Below are positions 39,436 to 49,406 of a stretch of DNA of 64,000 nt, piece after piece. A program made the translations under genes and the position numbers. The notes under the pieces were generated by a model, which was not told where the DNA came from, did no database searches, and worked only from the letters and a program-made list of their open reading frames with translations. This DNA is from an uncultured delta proteobacterium (lineage in GTDB: Bacteria; Desulfobacterota; Binatia; UBA9968), in contig CAWFJP010000014.1 in assembly GCA_963816145.1 (NCBI GenBank), forward strand, positions 544,001 to 608,000. Reading direction: 5' to 3'. How positions within the stretch are numbered: the stretch's first letter is position 1; each line of letters starts with the position of its first letter.

Positions 39436-40452
39436 TTAGAGGGTCTTTCTCACTTCGTTGGCGACATCGACCAAGAGTTTTGCTTTGGCATCGGCCAGCT
39501 CCCGGGTGATCGTCATGAGGCCGCAGTCGGGGGCGAGCCAGAGATTTTTCGGCTCGATGTATTTGAGCGCGGTGCGCACGCGGTCGGCGACCTGGGCCAC
39601 TGACGGTACCGGCGCATCGCTGGGATCGACGCAGCCGAACATGACGATGCGGCCTTTGGCGATCGACAGCACCGCGGGATCGTAGCCGCTGCGGGCGAAC
39701 TCGACGCCGAAGCCGCCGATGCGCGTCTTCATCAATTCTTCGAGCAGTTCCGGGTAGGTGTATTCATGCTGCCGATCGGGATGTCCTCCAGGATAGCCGT
39801 AGCAGAGATGAACCATGGTCGGCACGGTGATGCCTTCAAGGCAGCGGTCGAGCGCTTTGGCGCCGTACGCGAAGACTTTCTCGTGATAGCGGGTCATCGC
39901 CGGCTCGTCGATTTCCAGCACGTCGCAGCCGGCGGCTTGCAGATCGCGCAGCTCTTGGTTGATCGCTGCTGCGGCATCCATCGCCATGGCGGCTTCGTCG
40001 CCATTGTAAAACTCGTCCAGCGTGCTGTCGACGATGGTCATCGGCCCGGGCACATCCATCTTGATCGGTTTGTTGGTTTGCGCCTTGGCGAATCTGAGAT
40101 CCTCGACAATCGCCTGTCGGCGCCGTGTGATCTTGCCGACGACGCGCGGCACCGGCCGCGGCTGCTCGCGCCGCCGATAGATGGTTTTCACCGCCTCATG
40201 TTCGAGGTCGATGCCGTCGAAGGAAGCCAGCACATGATTGATAAATCCGGTGCGCCGCTGCTCGCCGTCGGACAAGAGGTCGAGGCCGATCCGTTCTTGA
40301 TTATGGATGCTCAGCGCCGTGGCGTCGTCCTGCGCTTGTTTGAGTTCCGCCCCCTCAAGGCGAAACACGGCGCGGCTGCGCTCGTTTTGCGCCAGCCAAC
40401 TGGGCCGGGGGAAACTGCCGATGGTCGTGGCGGCGATCGGTGGAAGTTGCAT
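39436..40452 (-). CDS. Cobalamin-independent methionine synthase II (MetE C-terminal-like) family protein
   Basis: TIGSFPRP, SDGEQRR, GPMT, IDEP, HLCYG, PDCG. Confidence 0.92.
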   Translation of the reverse strand: MQLPPIAATTIGSFPRPSWLAQNERSRAVFRLEGAELKQAQDDATALSIHNQERIGLDLLSDGEQRRTGFINHVLASFDGIDLEHEAVKTIYRRREQPRPVPRVVGKITRRRQAIVEDLRFAKAQTNKPIKMDVPGPMTIVDSTLDEFYNGDEAAMAMDAAAAINQELRDLQAAGCDVLEIDEPAMTRYHEKVFAYGAKALDRCLEGITVPTMVHLCYGYPGGHPDRQHEYTYPELLEELMKTRIGGFGVEFARSGYDPAVLSIAKGRIVMFGCVDPSDAPVPSVAQVADRVRTALKYIEPKNLWLAPDCGLMTITRELADAKAKLLVDVANEVRKTL

Positions 40453-40584
40453 GGTTCACCTCGATGGGAGATTTGTCTTTGGCTATATATGTACCTCGTC
40501 GGAAAGACAAGGTGATTCTGAAATGGAGAATGGATAATGGAGAATTGAAAATGCGAAGAAAAGTCCATTCGTCGCGGCATCGAT

Positions 40585-41307
40585 TTAGATTGAGCGCGCG
40601 GACGGCAGCGGCCATTGTCCCACTAGGGTGTTGAAAAACACTGGCACTTTCGTTTCGAAAGTCATCGGCTCGCCGCTGAAGGGATGCTTGAAGGAAATCG
40701 AGCGGGCATGAAGCGCTAGACGTTGGTAGCGTTTATGTTCTTTGCCATAGCGTTGGTCACCGACCACCGGGTGGCCGATGCCGGCGAGGTGCACGCGGAT
40801 CTGGTGTTTCCGTCCGGTCAGCAGCTCGATTTCCAGGAGCGAAAAGTCCTTGGTCTCTTTCAGCACTTTGTAGGCGGTGTGCGACAGTTTTCCTTTGCGT
40901 GCGTCGCTAGTCGTGTAGACACCATGCGCCTGGTTCTCCGCCAGGTAGGTCGTGATGGTGTCCGCGCGCTTCTCACAGCAGCCATGGACGACGGCGAGAT
41001 ATTGTTTCTTGGTGTCTTGCCATTGGTCCTGCAAACGAAACTTCGCTTGTTCGTTTTTGGCGAAGATGAGTATCCCCGAAGTCTCGCGATCGAGCCGGTG
41101 CACGATGAAAATGCGGTTCCGAGATTTCGCGACGCCCTTGCGGACGTAGTCGGTGAGAATGAAATAGGTGGTGCGCGATTTTTCGCGATCGGTGCTGATG
41201 GTCAACAAGCCAGCCGGCTTGTCAACGACGATTATGTCGCGGTCTTCATGAAGGATCTCGATGCCGCCCAAGTGATGTTTGCCACTCGGGCCAGGGTGTC
41301 TACGCAT
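40585..41307 (-). CDS. RluA-family pseudouridine synthase
   Basis: VDKPAGL, VHRLDRETSG, TGRKHQIRVH, GD..YG, LALHA. Confidence 0.95.
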   Translation of the reverse strand: MRRHPGPSGKHHLGGIEILHEDRDIIVVDKPAGLLTISTDREKSRTTYFILTDYVRKGVAKSRNRIFIVHRLDRETSGILIFAKNEQAKFRLQDQWQDTKKQYLAVVHGCCEKRADTITTYLAENQAHGVYTTSDARKGKLSHTAYKVLKETKDFSLLEIELLTGRKHQIRVHLAGIGHPVVGDQRYGKEHKRYQRLALHARSISFKHPFSGEPMTFETKVPVFFNTLVGQWPLPSARSI

Positions 41308-41349
41308 CGTCAGTCTTGGTCTGCGGCTCGATGAATTGGGTTGATTCCA

Positions 41350-41652
41350 TCATAATGCTCTACGGGAACGCCGCATGACGTACTCGCGCAGCACACGATC
41401 CATGCGGGACTGCCACCCTTCGCCGGTGGACTTAAAGTACGCCAAGACCTCCCGGCTATAACGCACCGATACGAGTTGCTTCGCGCTCCCGGACTTGGGA
41501 CGCCCGCGCAGCGCTCGCATGGGCACCATGGTCTTCAATTGCTTGAGTGTTAGCGGCTGGGCGTCGGGATCAGCCTTAGCCGCTGCTGTGATGGCCTTAT
41601 CTTCTCGCACCGTAGGCATGACGACGGACGGGCGTTTAGTTGTTTTCGACAT
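41350..41652 (-). CDS. brnA: BrnA antitoxin
   Basis: RGRPK....K..VSVRYS.EVL.YFK.TGEGWQSRM...L. Confidence 0.92.
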   Translation of the reverse strand: MSKTTKRPSVVMPTVREDKAITAAAKADPDAQPLTLKQLKTMVPMRALRGRPKSGSAKQLVSVRYSREVLAYFKSTGEGWQSRMDRVLREYVMRRSRRAL

Positions 41653-41905
41653 AGTATTTTACCTCTCGACGATTGGCTCGACGTAGGCTAATGATCCTTC
41701 GTGCCTCGCCACGGTCGACAAATGCCACGTAATAAAGAATCTCGGTTTGCGGCGCGAGGGCGATCATCCGCAACTCATCGTAGTTGAAGCGGTCGTCGAT
41801 CCAAACCAACGCCGCTTCCCAATCAAGCTCACCCGCCAGGGCCAGCGAGACGCCATGCTTGGCTCGATTCGCCACGTCTTTGGCGGGATCGAACTCGATA
41901 CGCTT
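41636..41905 (-). CDS. brnT: BrnT toxin (expected start codon reads AAG)
   Basis: (K)RIEFDPAKDVANRAKHGVSL...D.R..Y.E.R...RRIISLRRANRRE. Confidence 0.88.
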   Translation of the reverse strand, partial: KRIEFDPAKDVANRAKHGVSLALAGELDWEAALVWIDDRFNYDELRMIALAPQTEILYYVAFVDRGEARRIISLRRANRREVKYYVENN

Positions 41906-41910
41906 GTATT

Positions 41911-41939
41911 AATGTAGCTACAGTATAGAGGCGTGTCAA
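41911..41939 (-). promoter_or_regulatory. brnTA promoter with overlapping operator palindrome
   Basis: TTGACA-N17-TACATT; perfect palindrome TGTAGCTACA at 41913-41922 overlapping the -10. Confidence 0.75.
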
Positions 41940-42054
41940 ACGCCGCGCGGATTACTGTTTGCGCTTTGTCCACTTCATTTTGCGAATCCGAATTTTCTTA
42001 AAACGATTTGAACGGCTTGAACAGTTGGAACGACTGGAACGGGTGTCCCTGTCA

Positions 42055-43251
42055 TCAATCTTTTTTCCCCAGCAACCGATAGAACAGCGCCGTCGTTATG
42101 ATCAACGAGGTTCCGGCGGTCAGCGCAATCCCTAGCGAAGCGCCGAAAAGCGTGGCGGCGGCGCCGAGCACGATGGAGCCGATGGAGCGCATGCCCTGGT
42201 CGAGGTTGAAGACGCTCATCACCCGGCCCATGAGATTGCGCGGTGCTTCGACCTGGATAATGACGCGGCTGATGGTGCGGAAACTCACTTGGCCGGCGCC
42301 GACCAGGGTCAACAAGACCACCGAGAGCCAGAAGATCGGCGACATACAAAAGAGCATGAGAAAAATCGGCGTCGTTGTCGTCATGATCCACAATATCATC
42401 GCCCGGTTCCACCGTTCACCGACGGAGGCGATAAAGCTCAGCGAAGCGATACCGCCCAACCCCGGCGCCGCCATCAGTATGCCCAAACCCCTGGGGCCGA
42501 CGTCGAGCACCTGCTTTGCGAACACCGGCAAAAAGCTTTGATAGGTGACGATGAATATCGCGAAGGTGTAGGCTGCGATGACGCTGCTCAAAATTAGCGG
42601 CGTATGCCAAACATAGTGAAAGCCTTCTTTGAACTCGGCCAGAAAATTGTGTTCCCGGTCGACCGATTCCTCCTTGCGGTTGTGGATAAACAACATGCCC
42701 GTGGCCGATACTAGAAGGGTCGCCAGATAGGCGGCGTAGCAGCCGCCGACGCCGATCCAAAGTATCAACACGCCGCCAAGGGATGGGCCGGCGATGCGCG
42801 CGATATTGAATCCGACCGTGTAGAGCGCGACGGCGTTCATGACATCTTCGCGCGGCACCAATTCCGCCAGTATGGATTGCGCCGCCGAGGGATTTATCGC
42901 GCGGATCGAGCCGAAGAGAATTTCCAGCACGAGCAGGTGCCAGAACGCGAGGGTGCCGAACGTATAAATGGCTAGGAAAATCGTGATAGGAATTGCGCAG
43001 CCAAATTGCACCATGATCAGCAATAGTTTGCGATCGTAGCGGTCCACCAACACGCCGCTGAACGCGCCCAGGATCAAGCGCGGTGTCGCGCTGCACAGTC
43101 CCAAGACTCCCAATGCCATCGCCGAGCCGGTGATTTCGTAGGCGATCCAGTATAGTGCGACTTCTTCGACGAATTGGCCCACCGAGCCGAGCAGATCGGT
43201 TGACCAAAAGAGCGCGTAGTTGCGGTGGCGTAGTGAGTGAAATATGCGAAT
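42055..43251 (-). CDS. MFS transporter (MFS_3/EntS-like)
   Basis: ~12 TM; SLRHRNYALFW, GVLVDRYDRK, MGRVMS; apparent ATT start 9 nt after AAGGAG. Confidence 0.9.
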   Translation of the reverse strand: MRIFHSLRHRNYALFWSTDLLGSVGQFVEEVALYWIAYEITGSAMALGVLGLCSATPRLILGAFSGVLVDRYDRKLLLIMVQFGCAIPITIFLAIYTFGTLAFWHLLVLEILFGSIRAINPSAAQSILAELVPREDVMNAVALYTVGFNIARIAGPSLGGVLILWIGVGGCYAAYLATLLVSATGMLFIHNRKEESVDREHNFLAEFKEGFHYVWHTPLILSSVIAAYTFAIFIVTYQSFLPVFAKQVLDVGPRGLGILMAAPGLGGIASLSFIASVGERWNRAMILWIMTTTTPIFLMLFCMSPIFWLSVVLLTLVGAGQVSFRTISRVIIQVEAPRNLMGRVMSVFNLDQGMRSIGSIVLGAAATLFGASLGIALTAGTSLIITTALFYRLLGKKD

Positions 43252-43587
43252 GGTGTTGGGCTCCTTGCTGGAAAATATTTTTCACCACGAAGGGCACGAA
43301 GTGTTCGAAAAACAATAACACCGAGCTTCGTGTTCCTCGTGGTGAGTAGAGTTTTGTGTATTGGCTATCGCTTCTTCCGCGAGAACGATAAATCAGCTTC
43401 TGTTTATAACCTTTCCAGTCGCCAGAGAAAAGCAAGCGCCGGGAAGAACTAAATGCACATGAATGCTCGATGTTCTGTTTGCCAATCCAAAATCAAAAAT
43501 CGAATATCCAAAATGGACTGCTGCGGTTGACAGCCGCAACGATTCGGATTACCTCGAATGAATACATTCTGAAGGAGAATTACGATA

Positions 43588-44577
43588 GTGGCTTACGATG
43601 ATCGCAGTGTGAAACCGATGAGCGCGAGTTTGATGCGCGCGCGCGTGGCGACCAAGCTTTTGGCGGGACTTTACGAAGATGTGCCGACGATGTTGACCAG
43701 CGCGATCCGATTGATGGTCGAGCTTCCCGGCGGCAAAGGCCACGACGGGCCGCCCTATCCGTTCACCATCGGCGTCAGTCCGGCGTGGTGCAGCGGCCTC
43801 AACGGCGCCAAGCTGGTCGCCAACGGCAAGTTGGATCTGGTCTGGTTGAACCCTTCGATCATTCCCTCGATGGCGGTGCGCGGTGTCGGACCGTTTCGCA
43901 AAGCGCAGCCGCTGCGCGCGCTGGCGGTATTTCCTTCCTGGGATCGCTTGGTAATCGCCGTGTCGCCGCGACTCGGCGTGAACTCGATGGAGGAATTGAT
44001 CGCCAAGAAACCGAAAATGAACGTGTCGATCGCCGTCAACGACTGCGTCGATTTTGCCATTAAATATTTGCTCAAGTGCCATGGTATTACGCAAAAAGAT
44101 TTCGTCGATTGGGGCGGCGTTGTCGACGAGGTGGTGCGGCCGAGCAATCCGCACCGGCGCGAAGGGATCATCTCCGGCGAACTCGACATGGTCATCGACG
44201 AAGGCATGGACTCCTGGGGCGACGTGGCGGTCGAGCATGGCATGAAGTTTTTATCCTACTCGGAGGCGGTACTGCAGAGGCTCGAAAAGTTCGGCTTTCA
44301 GCGCGCCCGTTTGGACCACGGCCGCATCGACGGCATCAACGACCCGACCACCGTGGTCGACTTCAGCGGCTGGCCCATCGTTGTCCATGAGAAATTCCCC
44401 GCCGATTTGGCCTACCACATCGCCGGCGTCTTGGAAAAAATCCGCGAAGAGATTCCCTACGACGCAACGGAAACGCCGTCGATGAAACAGCTTTGCTCCA
44501 ATACCGACGCCGGACCGCTGGATTTCCCGCTGCATCCGGGGGCGGAGAAGTATTATCGTGAGAAGGGGTATCTGTAA
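43588..44577 (+). CDS. TAXI-family (TRAP) solute receptor-like protein without signal peptide
   Basis: C-terminal PLHPGAEKYYREKGYL and V....P.DLAY motif; AAGGAG RBS. Confidence 0.8.
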   Translation: MAYDDRSVKPMSASLMRARVATKLLAGLYEDVPTMLTSAIRLMVELPGGKGHDGPPYPFTIGVSPAWCSGLNGAKLVANGKLDLVWLNPSIIPSMAVRGVGPFRKAQPLRALAVFPSWDRLVIAVSPRLGVNSMEELIAKKPKMNVSIAVNDCVDFAIKYLLKCHGITQKDFVDWGGVVDEVVRPSNPHRREGIISGELDMVIDEGMDSWGDVAVEHGMKFLSYSEAVLQRLEKFGFQRARLDHGRIDGINDPTTVVDFSGWPIVVHEKFPADLAYHIAGVLEKIREEIPYDATETPSMKQLCSNTDAGPLDFPLHPGAEKYYREKGYL

Positions 44578-44680
44578 ACGACGCGATCGTGATTCGTGCT
44601 CGTATTCGTGGCGGAGTTTCTCGGATCCGACGATCACCGGTGACGAACACGATCACGGCATCTTTTAACGCCGCCTATGC

Positions 44681-45699
44681 CTATTTGGCGATGCCGTAGG
44701 ATTTCAGCGTCTGGTCGATGTAGCCGCTATCGTCGAGTTTTTTCACCAGACGGGAGTCGATGAGGCTTTCCAAGTTGACGTTTGCCACCTGAGGGTTTTG
44801 GGTTTTCATGAACCGTTGCATGTTGCGCATGCCCTCCATGGAGGGATAGGGCTTCAAATCGGTGCTTTTGACCATGCCATCGTAGCCTTCTTCGGCGTCG
44901 GCCGAGTCGCTGAGCTTGAGACGTTTCATGATCGTCCGCACCACCAGCGGCTTATTTTCCGGCGCAAGGGAAAACGCCGCTCCCTCGATCAGCGCTTTCA
45001 AGAGATTCTCCAAGATTTGCGGTTGGGACTGCAAAAACGAATTGAGCACCACGACGGTCGAGCTGACGGTGCGGGTGTTGGTTTTGTTGAGCTCAACAAG
45101 AACCGGAAAGCCCTTTTTCTTGAGCTTCTGGCTGAATGCGGTGTCGAGGGGTGCGACGTCGATGACGCCGGTCTCCAAGGCTTGGGCGAGCACGGTTTGG
45201 TCGCCGATGGTGAGAACTTTGATGTCGTCGCGCGCCGGATCGAGCTTGAGCTGTTCGAGCGCGAGCATGGCGGTGATCCATAGACTGCCGCCGACCACCT
45301 GAACGCCCAATCGTTTGCCGCGCAGATCCTTGGGCGAGTTGATGCCGGGCCGGGCGACCAGATCGTGGGTAAGTTTGCTGGTAAATGCGGCGATGATCTT
45401 GAGATCGGGTCCTTTCTCGCCGACTCCGAGAACCGAGATGCCGCCGGCTTGGCTGATGTCGATGCTTTTCGAATAAAGCGCGCTGATCGAGAGTGAGCTG
45501 TTGCGGATGAATATGACTTCCGCCTTGATGCCGTATTTGGCGAAGAAGCCTTGCTCGTCGGTGACCCAGAGGGGCGCAACCCGCGGATTGTTAGCGGCGT
45601 GGGCGATGGTGAGTTTCGTGAGTGCAGCGGCGCCGTGAGCTGGAACGCCAGGCAAGTTTGAAGCAGCAACCTTAGCACGACGATGAAGAGTTTGATCAT
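44681..45699 (-). CDS. NitT/TauT-type substrate-binding protein (N-terminal frameshift)
   Basis: PLWV..EQGFFAKYG, DLRGKRLGV, PYPS.EG..N; GGAGG before ATG 45699. Confidence 0.85.
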
Positions 45700-45887
45700 G
45701 GCGGTAGCCTCCCTGAATGCTCATTGCGGCCCCACAGGGACAACTAGATTCGGATTTCCACCGGAGAGGGACCGGGGTCACCCCGGCGAAGGCCGGGGCA
45801 GATTTCAGAAATTTTAACTCTGGTTTTTCCGTGATCTCTGTGTGCTTTGTGGTGAGTCTTTCCGGAATTCACTGGCGAATATCCGCA

Positions 45888-46943
45888 CTAGAGCTTCTGC
45901 GCCATGCCGAACAATCGCATAGCGTTGCCGCCCAGGATTTTATCTTTGTCGCCGTCCGAAACTCCTTCCATTTCTTTGATCATCTGCACGGTGCCCTGTT
46001 TCGAGTTCCAGGTCGCCGAGGGATCGCCGTGCGGATAATCGCTGCCGACAGTAAGATTGTGGTCTTTCCAGAAATCGCAGGCGTACTTCAAAGATTCTTC
46101 GGCGGCGAAAGCCGACACCCAGATCTGGCTGAAAAATTCGCGCGGTCGCTTGCCCAATTTCTTCTTTGCTGCCGGGTCCATGTCCAGGCGGTCCATCAAC
46201 CAGGGCACGAAGGCCGCCGACCCTTCGACAAAGCAGATGCGCAGCTTGGGAAACTCCTTCAGCGCGCCGCGCAGAATCAAACTGCCCATGTCGACGATGT
46301 AGCGGAACGGAAAACCGAGCAGGAAGGGCAGGGCATTGTTGTCGACTTCCAGATAGAGCTGCTCGATGCCGACCAGCGCGGGATTGGGATGGCCGTCGCG
46401 GTCCGACGCGGTGTCGTGCACGAGAATCGGCACGTCGAGATCGCAGCACTTTTGGTAAAACGGCCAAAGCTTTTCCGCGCCGAGATTGGCGTCGGCAAAG
46501 CCGCCCATGAACTTCACCGCTTTGAGGCCGAGAGTCTTTACCGCGCGCTCCAGTTCCCGGCAAGATGCTTCGACATCGGGAAGAAAGACCCACGCGACAC
46601 CGAGATACTTTTCCGGATGGGCGCACTCTTTGAGGTCTTGCGCCACCGTGTCGTTATAGGCGCGCGCCAGCTCGCAGCCCAAGTCGCGATCCCAGGTGTA
46701 AAGCAGCTCGCGATTTTCCGGGATGAGCACATGGATATCGAAACCTTCCCAGTCCACATGCTGGTCGCGGGTATCGAGATGCCAGCGTCCTTTGGGCGCT
46801 TGATTCTTGATCAAGGTGCCGTCCGGCAACACCGAGCGCACGTCGTCGCCATTGCGGACGACCCTGGGCGAGTGCGGATACTTGGCGCTAACGCCCTCCA
46901 GGAATTTGACTGGGAAATAATGAGAGTCGCAATCGATGTACAT
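45888..46943 (-). CDS. Amidohydrolase_2 family protein
   Basis: IDCDSH, ILVH, FVEG, GSDYPHGD, ILGGNA. Confidence 0.92.
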   Translation of the reverse strand: MYIDCDSHYFPVKFLEGVSAKYPHSPRVVRNGDDVRSVLPDGTLIKNQAPKGRWHLDTRDQHVDWEGFDIHVLIPENRELLYTWDRDLGCELARAYNDTVAQDLKECAHPEKYLGVAWVFLPDVEASCRELERAVKTLGLKAVKFMGGFADANLGAEKLWPFYQKCCDLDVPILVHDTASDRDGHPNPALVGIEQLYLEVDNNALPFLLGFPFRYIVDMGSLILRGALKEFPKLRICFVEGSAAFVPWLMDRLDMDPAAKKKLGKRPREFFSQIWVSAFAAEESLKYACDFWKDHNLTVGSDYPHGDPSATWNSKQGTVQMIKEMEGVSDGDKDKILGGNAMRLFGMAQKL

Positions 46944-47090
46944 GATCCAGCCCCTTTCGGCGCAATTCTTCAAATAATGGCATTGCCGATATAGCGATCA
47001 AATTTAGCCCGCGCCTAGCTTCCAGACCGGAGCATATGACCGATCAAGTTTGGGCGTCAAGGAGAAAAAGCTGCGGTGATATCGCGCCGA

Positions 47091-48082
47091 TTATTTTCCA
47101 CTGTTGAGCTGGCGCACGAAGCGGTCGTCGAAGAATTGCGCTGGTATGGCTTTTTTGGTTTCCGGCATGGTTTCCGACAGGAAATCCAGGATGCCCTGAA
47201 TGCCCGGCTCGGAAATCATCAGCTCGCGCTTGAAGCCTGCCTTGCGATAGAATTCGTAGGTGCGATCGATGATGTCGGGATCTTTTTCTTTGGTGTATTT
47301 GGCGATGACTTTCATAGTGAAGGGTTTGTCGCTGTAGTAGCGGTCGATGCCGGCGCGCACGGCTCGTAACAACGGCACCACCCGGGGAGCCAATTCATCC
47401 ATACGGGCGCGCCTCATGACGACGCCGACGTTTTGATAGGGCTGATCCAATGTGGTGGACATCGAATGAAATCCGGCCCGGTCGAGCTGGAAACTCGCGG
47501 GCGGCGCCGCCGCCCCGGCGACGATCTGGCCGGTCATTAGCGCCGCGGTGATCTGCTCACTGCCGCCCAATATTCGCAACTGAACATCTTTAGCCGTGAG
47601 TCCCAATTTGCGCAGCGCCACTAATGTGCCGTAAGCCACCGGACTGCCCGGCCGCTCCGTGCCGACGATTTTCCCTTTGAGTTGCTCCGCGCTCTTGATC
47701 TCGGCCCTGGCGTATAAATCCCAGATCATCGTATTGAGCATTCCCGCGGCAAAAATCACGTCGAATCCCCGCAACGACGCGTTGATCAGCGGCACCGCCG
47801 AGATCTGGATCACATCGACTTCGTTGGCGAGCAGCGCCGGCAGGGCGAGAGTCGAGGACATGGAAATCATTTCGACGTCCAACCCTTCTTTGGCGAATCC
47901 TCCGGTTTCCTTCGCCATCCACATGGAAGCCATGGTCCCCGACGTGAATAAGAAGGCGATGCGCAGCGGTCGCGCGGCGGCGGCGTGGCTTTCACGTGTG
48001 GGTGCGAGAACGCGCTAGCGCTCGTGGATCGAGTGTGGACCGCAGCATCCAAACTCGCGGAAGTTTGGGATATGAGTTGCAA
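47091..48082 (-). CDS. NitT/TauT-type substrate-binding protein (N-terminal frameshift)
   Basis: WMAKETGGFAKEGLDVE, LKGKIVG, FFDDRFV. Confidence 0.85.
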
Positions 48083-48130
48083 ACGTTTGGTCTAGAATCG
48101 AGCTGTGGGAGAATACAATTCAATCCTGAG

Positions 48131-48165
48131 GTTTAACGCACGGGTGAGCCGCGCCGAAGGCATCT
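48131..48165 (-). other. Truncated attC (right half)
   Basis: Minus strand GCCTTCGGCGCGGCTCACCCGTGC-GTTAAAC: loop hairpin, L' box and GTTRRRY core; left arm not recognisable. Confidence 0.55.
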
Positions 48166-48243
48166 GTCTAGAGTCGCTCGCCAAGTGTAAAAATTGAGAA
48201 TGTTCCTTTTTCCCTCCTTGAGTCCTTAGTCCCCCCCCGGCGT

Positions 48244-48912
48244 TTACCTCTCCAGACCGGCAGCCGAGAAGAAAGCGTGATCGGGGATGGACATAGCACG
48301 ACTGACATCGGGCGCCACCTTGGTCGCTCGAAGACTGTCGTAATGGTCGTACAACATAAGAAGGTTCCTGCAGGTCTGGGCAAACAAGTTCAGCAGGTCT
48401 TGGCCCTTGTCACACGAGGAGCAAACCCTGATGCCGTACTCCAGCACGGCGAGCGCGGAAGACATAAGGAATGGCGTGTTGTCGGGCCCAAACTTGGTTG
48501 TGAATTCTATCCTTCGTTCTCGCTTGTTGCGAGAGTAGAAGTGGCCGCAAAAGGGTACACCGTCCCGAACCGAGAACGATTTTGCGGGCACCAGGTCGAA
48601 GCCAGGCGGCCAATAGTCGCTACCCAGTAGGGCGAATACGGTTTTAGAGCCGTCTGGTGGGACTTGCAGGAGCCTCACAAGCCAATCGAGCGCCTGTCTG
48701 CCGTTCGGGCTTTGCGGTCCTCCAGCACCGTAAATGACGAAGGCTTGGTAGCAGGCAAATAGGCGGATGATCTCAACAGCAAAACGTTCGGTTGAACTGG
48801 TTAGCAGCGGGTCAACGTCGTAGAAGTTACAGGTGCAGTTCTCAGGCGCCATTGCTACTTCGAACGACATCAGTTTCTTCCGGCCTGCTATGGCATCCAT
48901 GAAGCCCATCAT
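48244..48912 (-). CDS. Hypothetical protein (integron cassette 2)
   Basis: 222-aa ORF with RBS, lying between attC sites; no recognisable motif. Confidence 0.65.
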   Translation of the reverse strand: MMGFMDAIAGRKKLMSFEVAMAPENCTCNFYDVDPLLTSSTERFAVEIIRLFACYQAFVIYGAGGPQSPNGRQALDWLVRLLQVPPDGSKTVFALLGSDYWPPGFDLVPAKSFSVRDGVPFCGHFYSRNKRERRIEFTTKFGPDNTPFLMSSALAVLEYGIRVCSSCDKGQDLLNLFAQTCRNLLMLYDHYDSLRATKVAPDVSRAMSIPDHAFFSAAGLER

Positions 48913-49011
48913 TCACCCCCGCGCGCCTGCTTCATTTTAGTTCAGGCGCATGGCTGTTGCATGTTACTCTGCGTCATCGATCTATCTACCCCCAGGGGCT
49001 GTGTCCTTGCC

Positions 49012-49069
49012 GGGCTAACGCCAAGGCTGAGAAGCGCGACTCGTCTTTCTCAAGCCGCTGGTTAGGGTT
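49012..49069 (-). other. attC recombination site
   Basis: Minus strand AACCCTAAC-CAGCG-GCTTGAGAA-AGACGAGTCGCGC-TTCTCAGC-CTTGGC-GTTAGCCC: R'', L'' with one extrahelical base, L', R'; ORF stop TAA lies within R''. Confidence 0.85.
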
Positions 49070-49403
49070 TTAAAACACCAAGCCAACGGAGAAACGCTAT
49101 GACCTTATCTGATGCCGCTATGATGGTTGCGATAATCGCAATGATAGTTGCACGACGCGAGTTGGAGAGGGCCTCGCGAGAAATAGAAAGGCTCTTCTCC
49201 TCGCGTGACTCCTTCCGCGAGTCAGCTCCAGAATTACGATTATCTTCCTTGGCTCGCAACCAATTTCGAACGACTAAAGATTTTGGACTGTCAACGCTGC
49301 CATGCTCACCATTGTCGCCATACTCACCCTTCATCCATCGAGAACAAACCTCGCTCTCTCCGAGTTTTTCAAGTTCAGCGACGAGATCATCTTGCCACGC
49401 CAT
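49062..49403 (-). CDS. Hypothetical protein with C-terminal TM helix (integron cassette 1)
   Basis: 113-aa ORF starting ~10 nt after GTTAGGG and ending inside attC; C-terminal ATIIAIIATIIAA. Confidence 0.7.
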   Translation of the reverse strand: MAWQDDLVAELEKLGESEVCSRWMKGEYGDNGEHGSVDSPKSLVVRNWLRAKEDNRNSGADSRKESREEKSLSISREALSNSRRATIIAIIATIIAASDKVIAFLRWLGVLKP

Positions 49404-49406
49404 AAT

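Noticed and set aside
41320-41350. brnTA as an integron cassette (TCAACCCAATTCATCGAGCCG resembles an attC left arm)
   Set aside because: No matching L'/R' arm or GTTRRRY core; similarity too weak
45717-46994. Long antisense ORFs (e.g. 425 aa here, also 4008-4802, 29861-30628, 39766-40515)
   Set aside because: Shadow ORFs opposite well-supported genes, expected from high-GC codon bias
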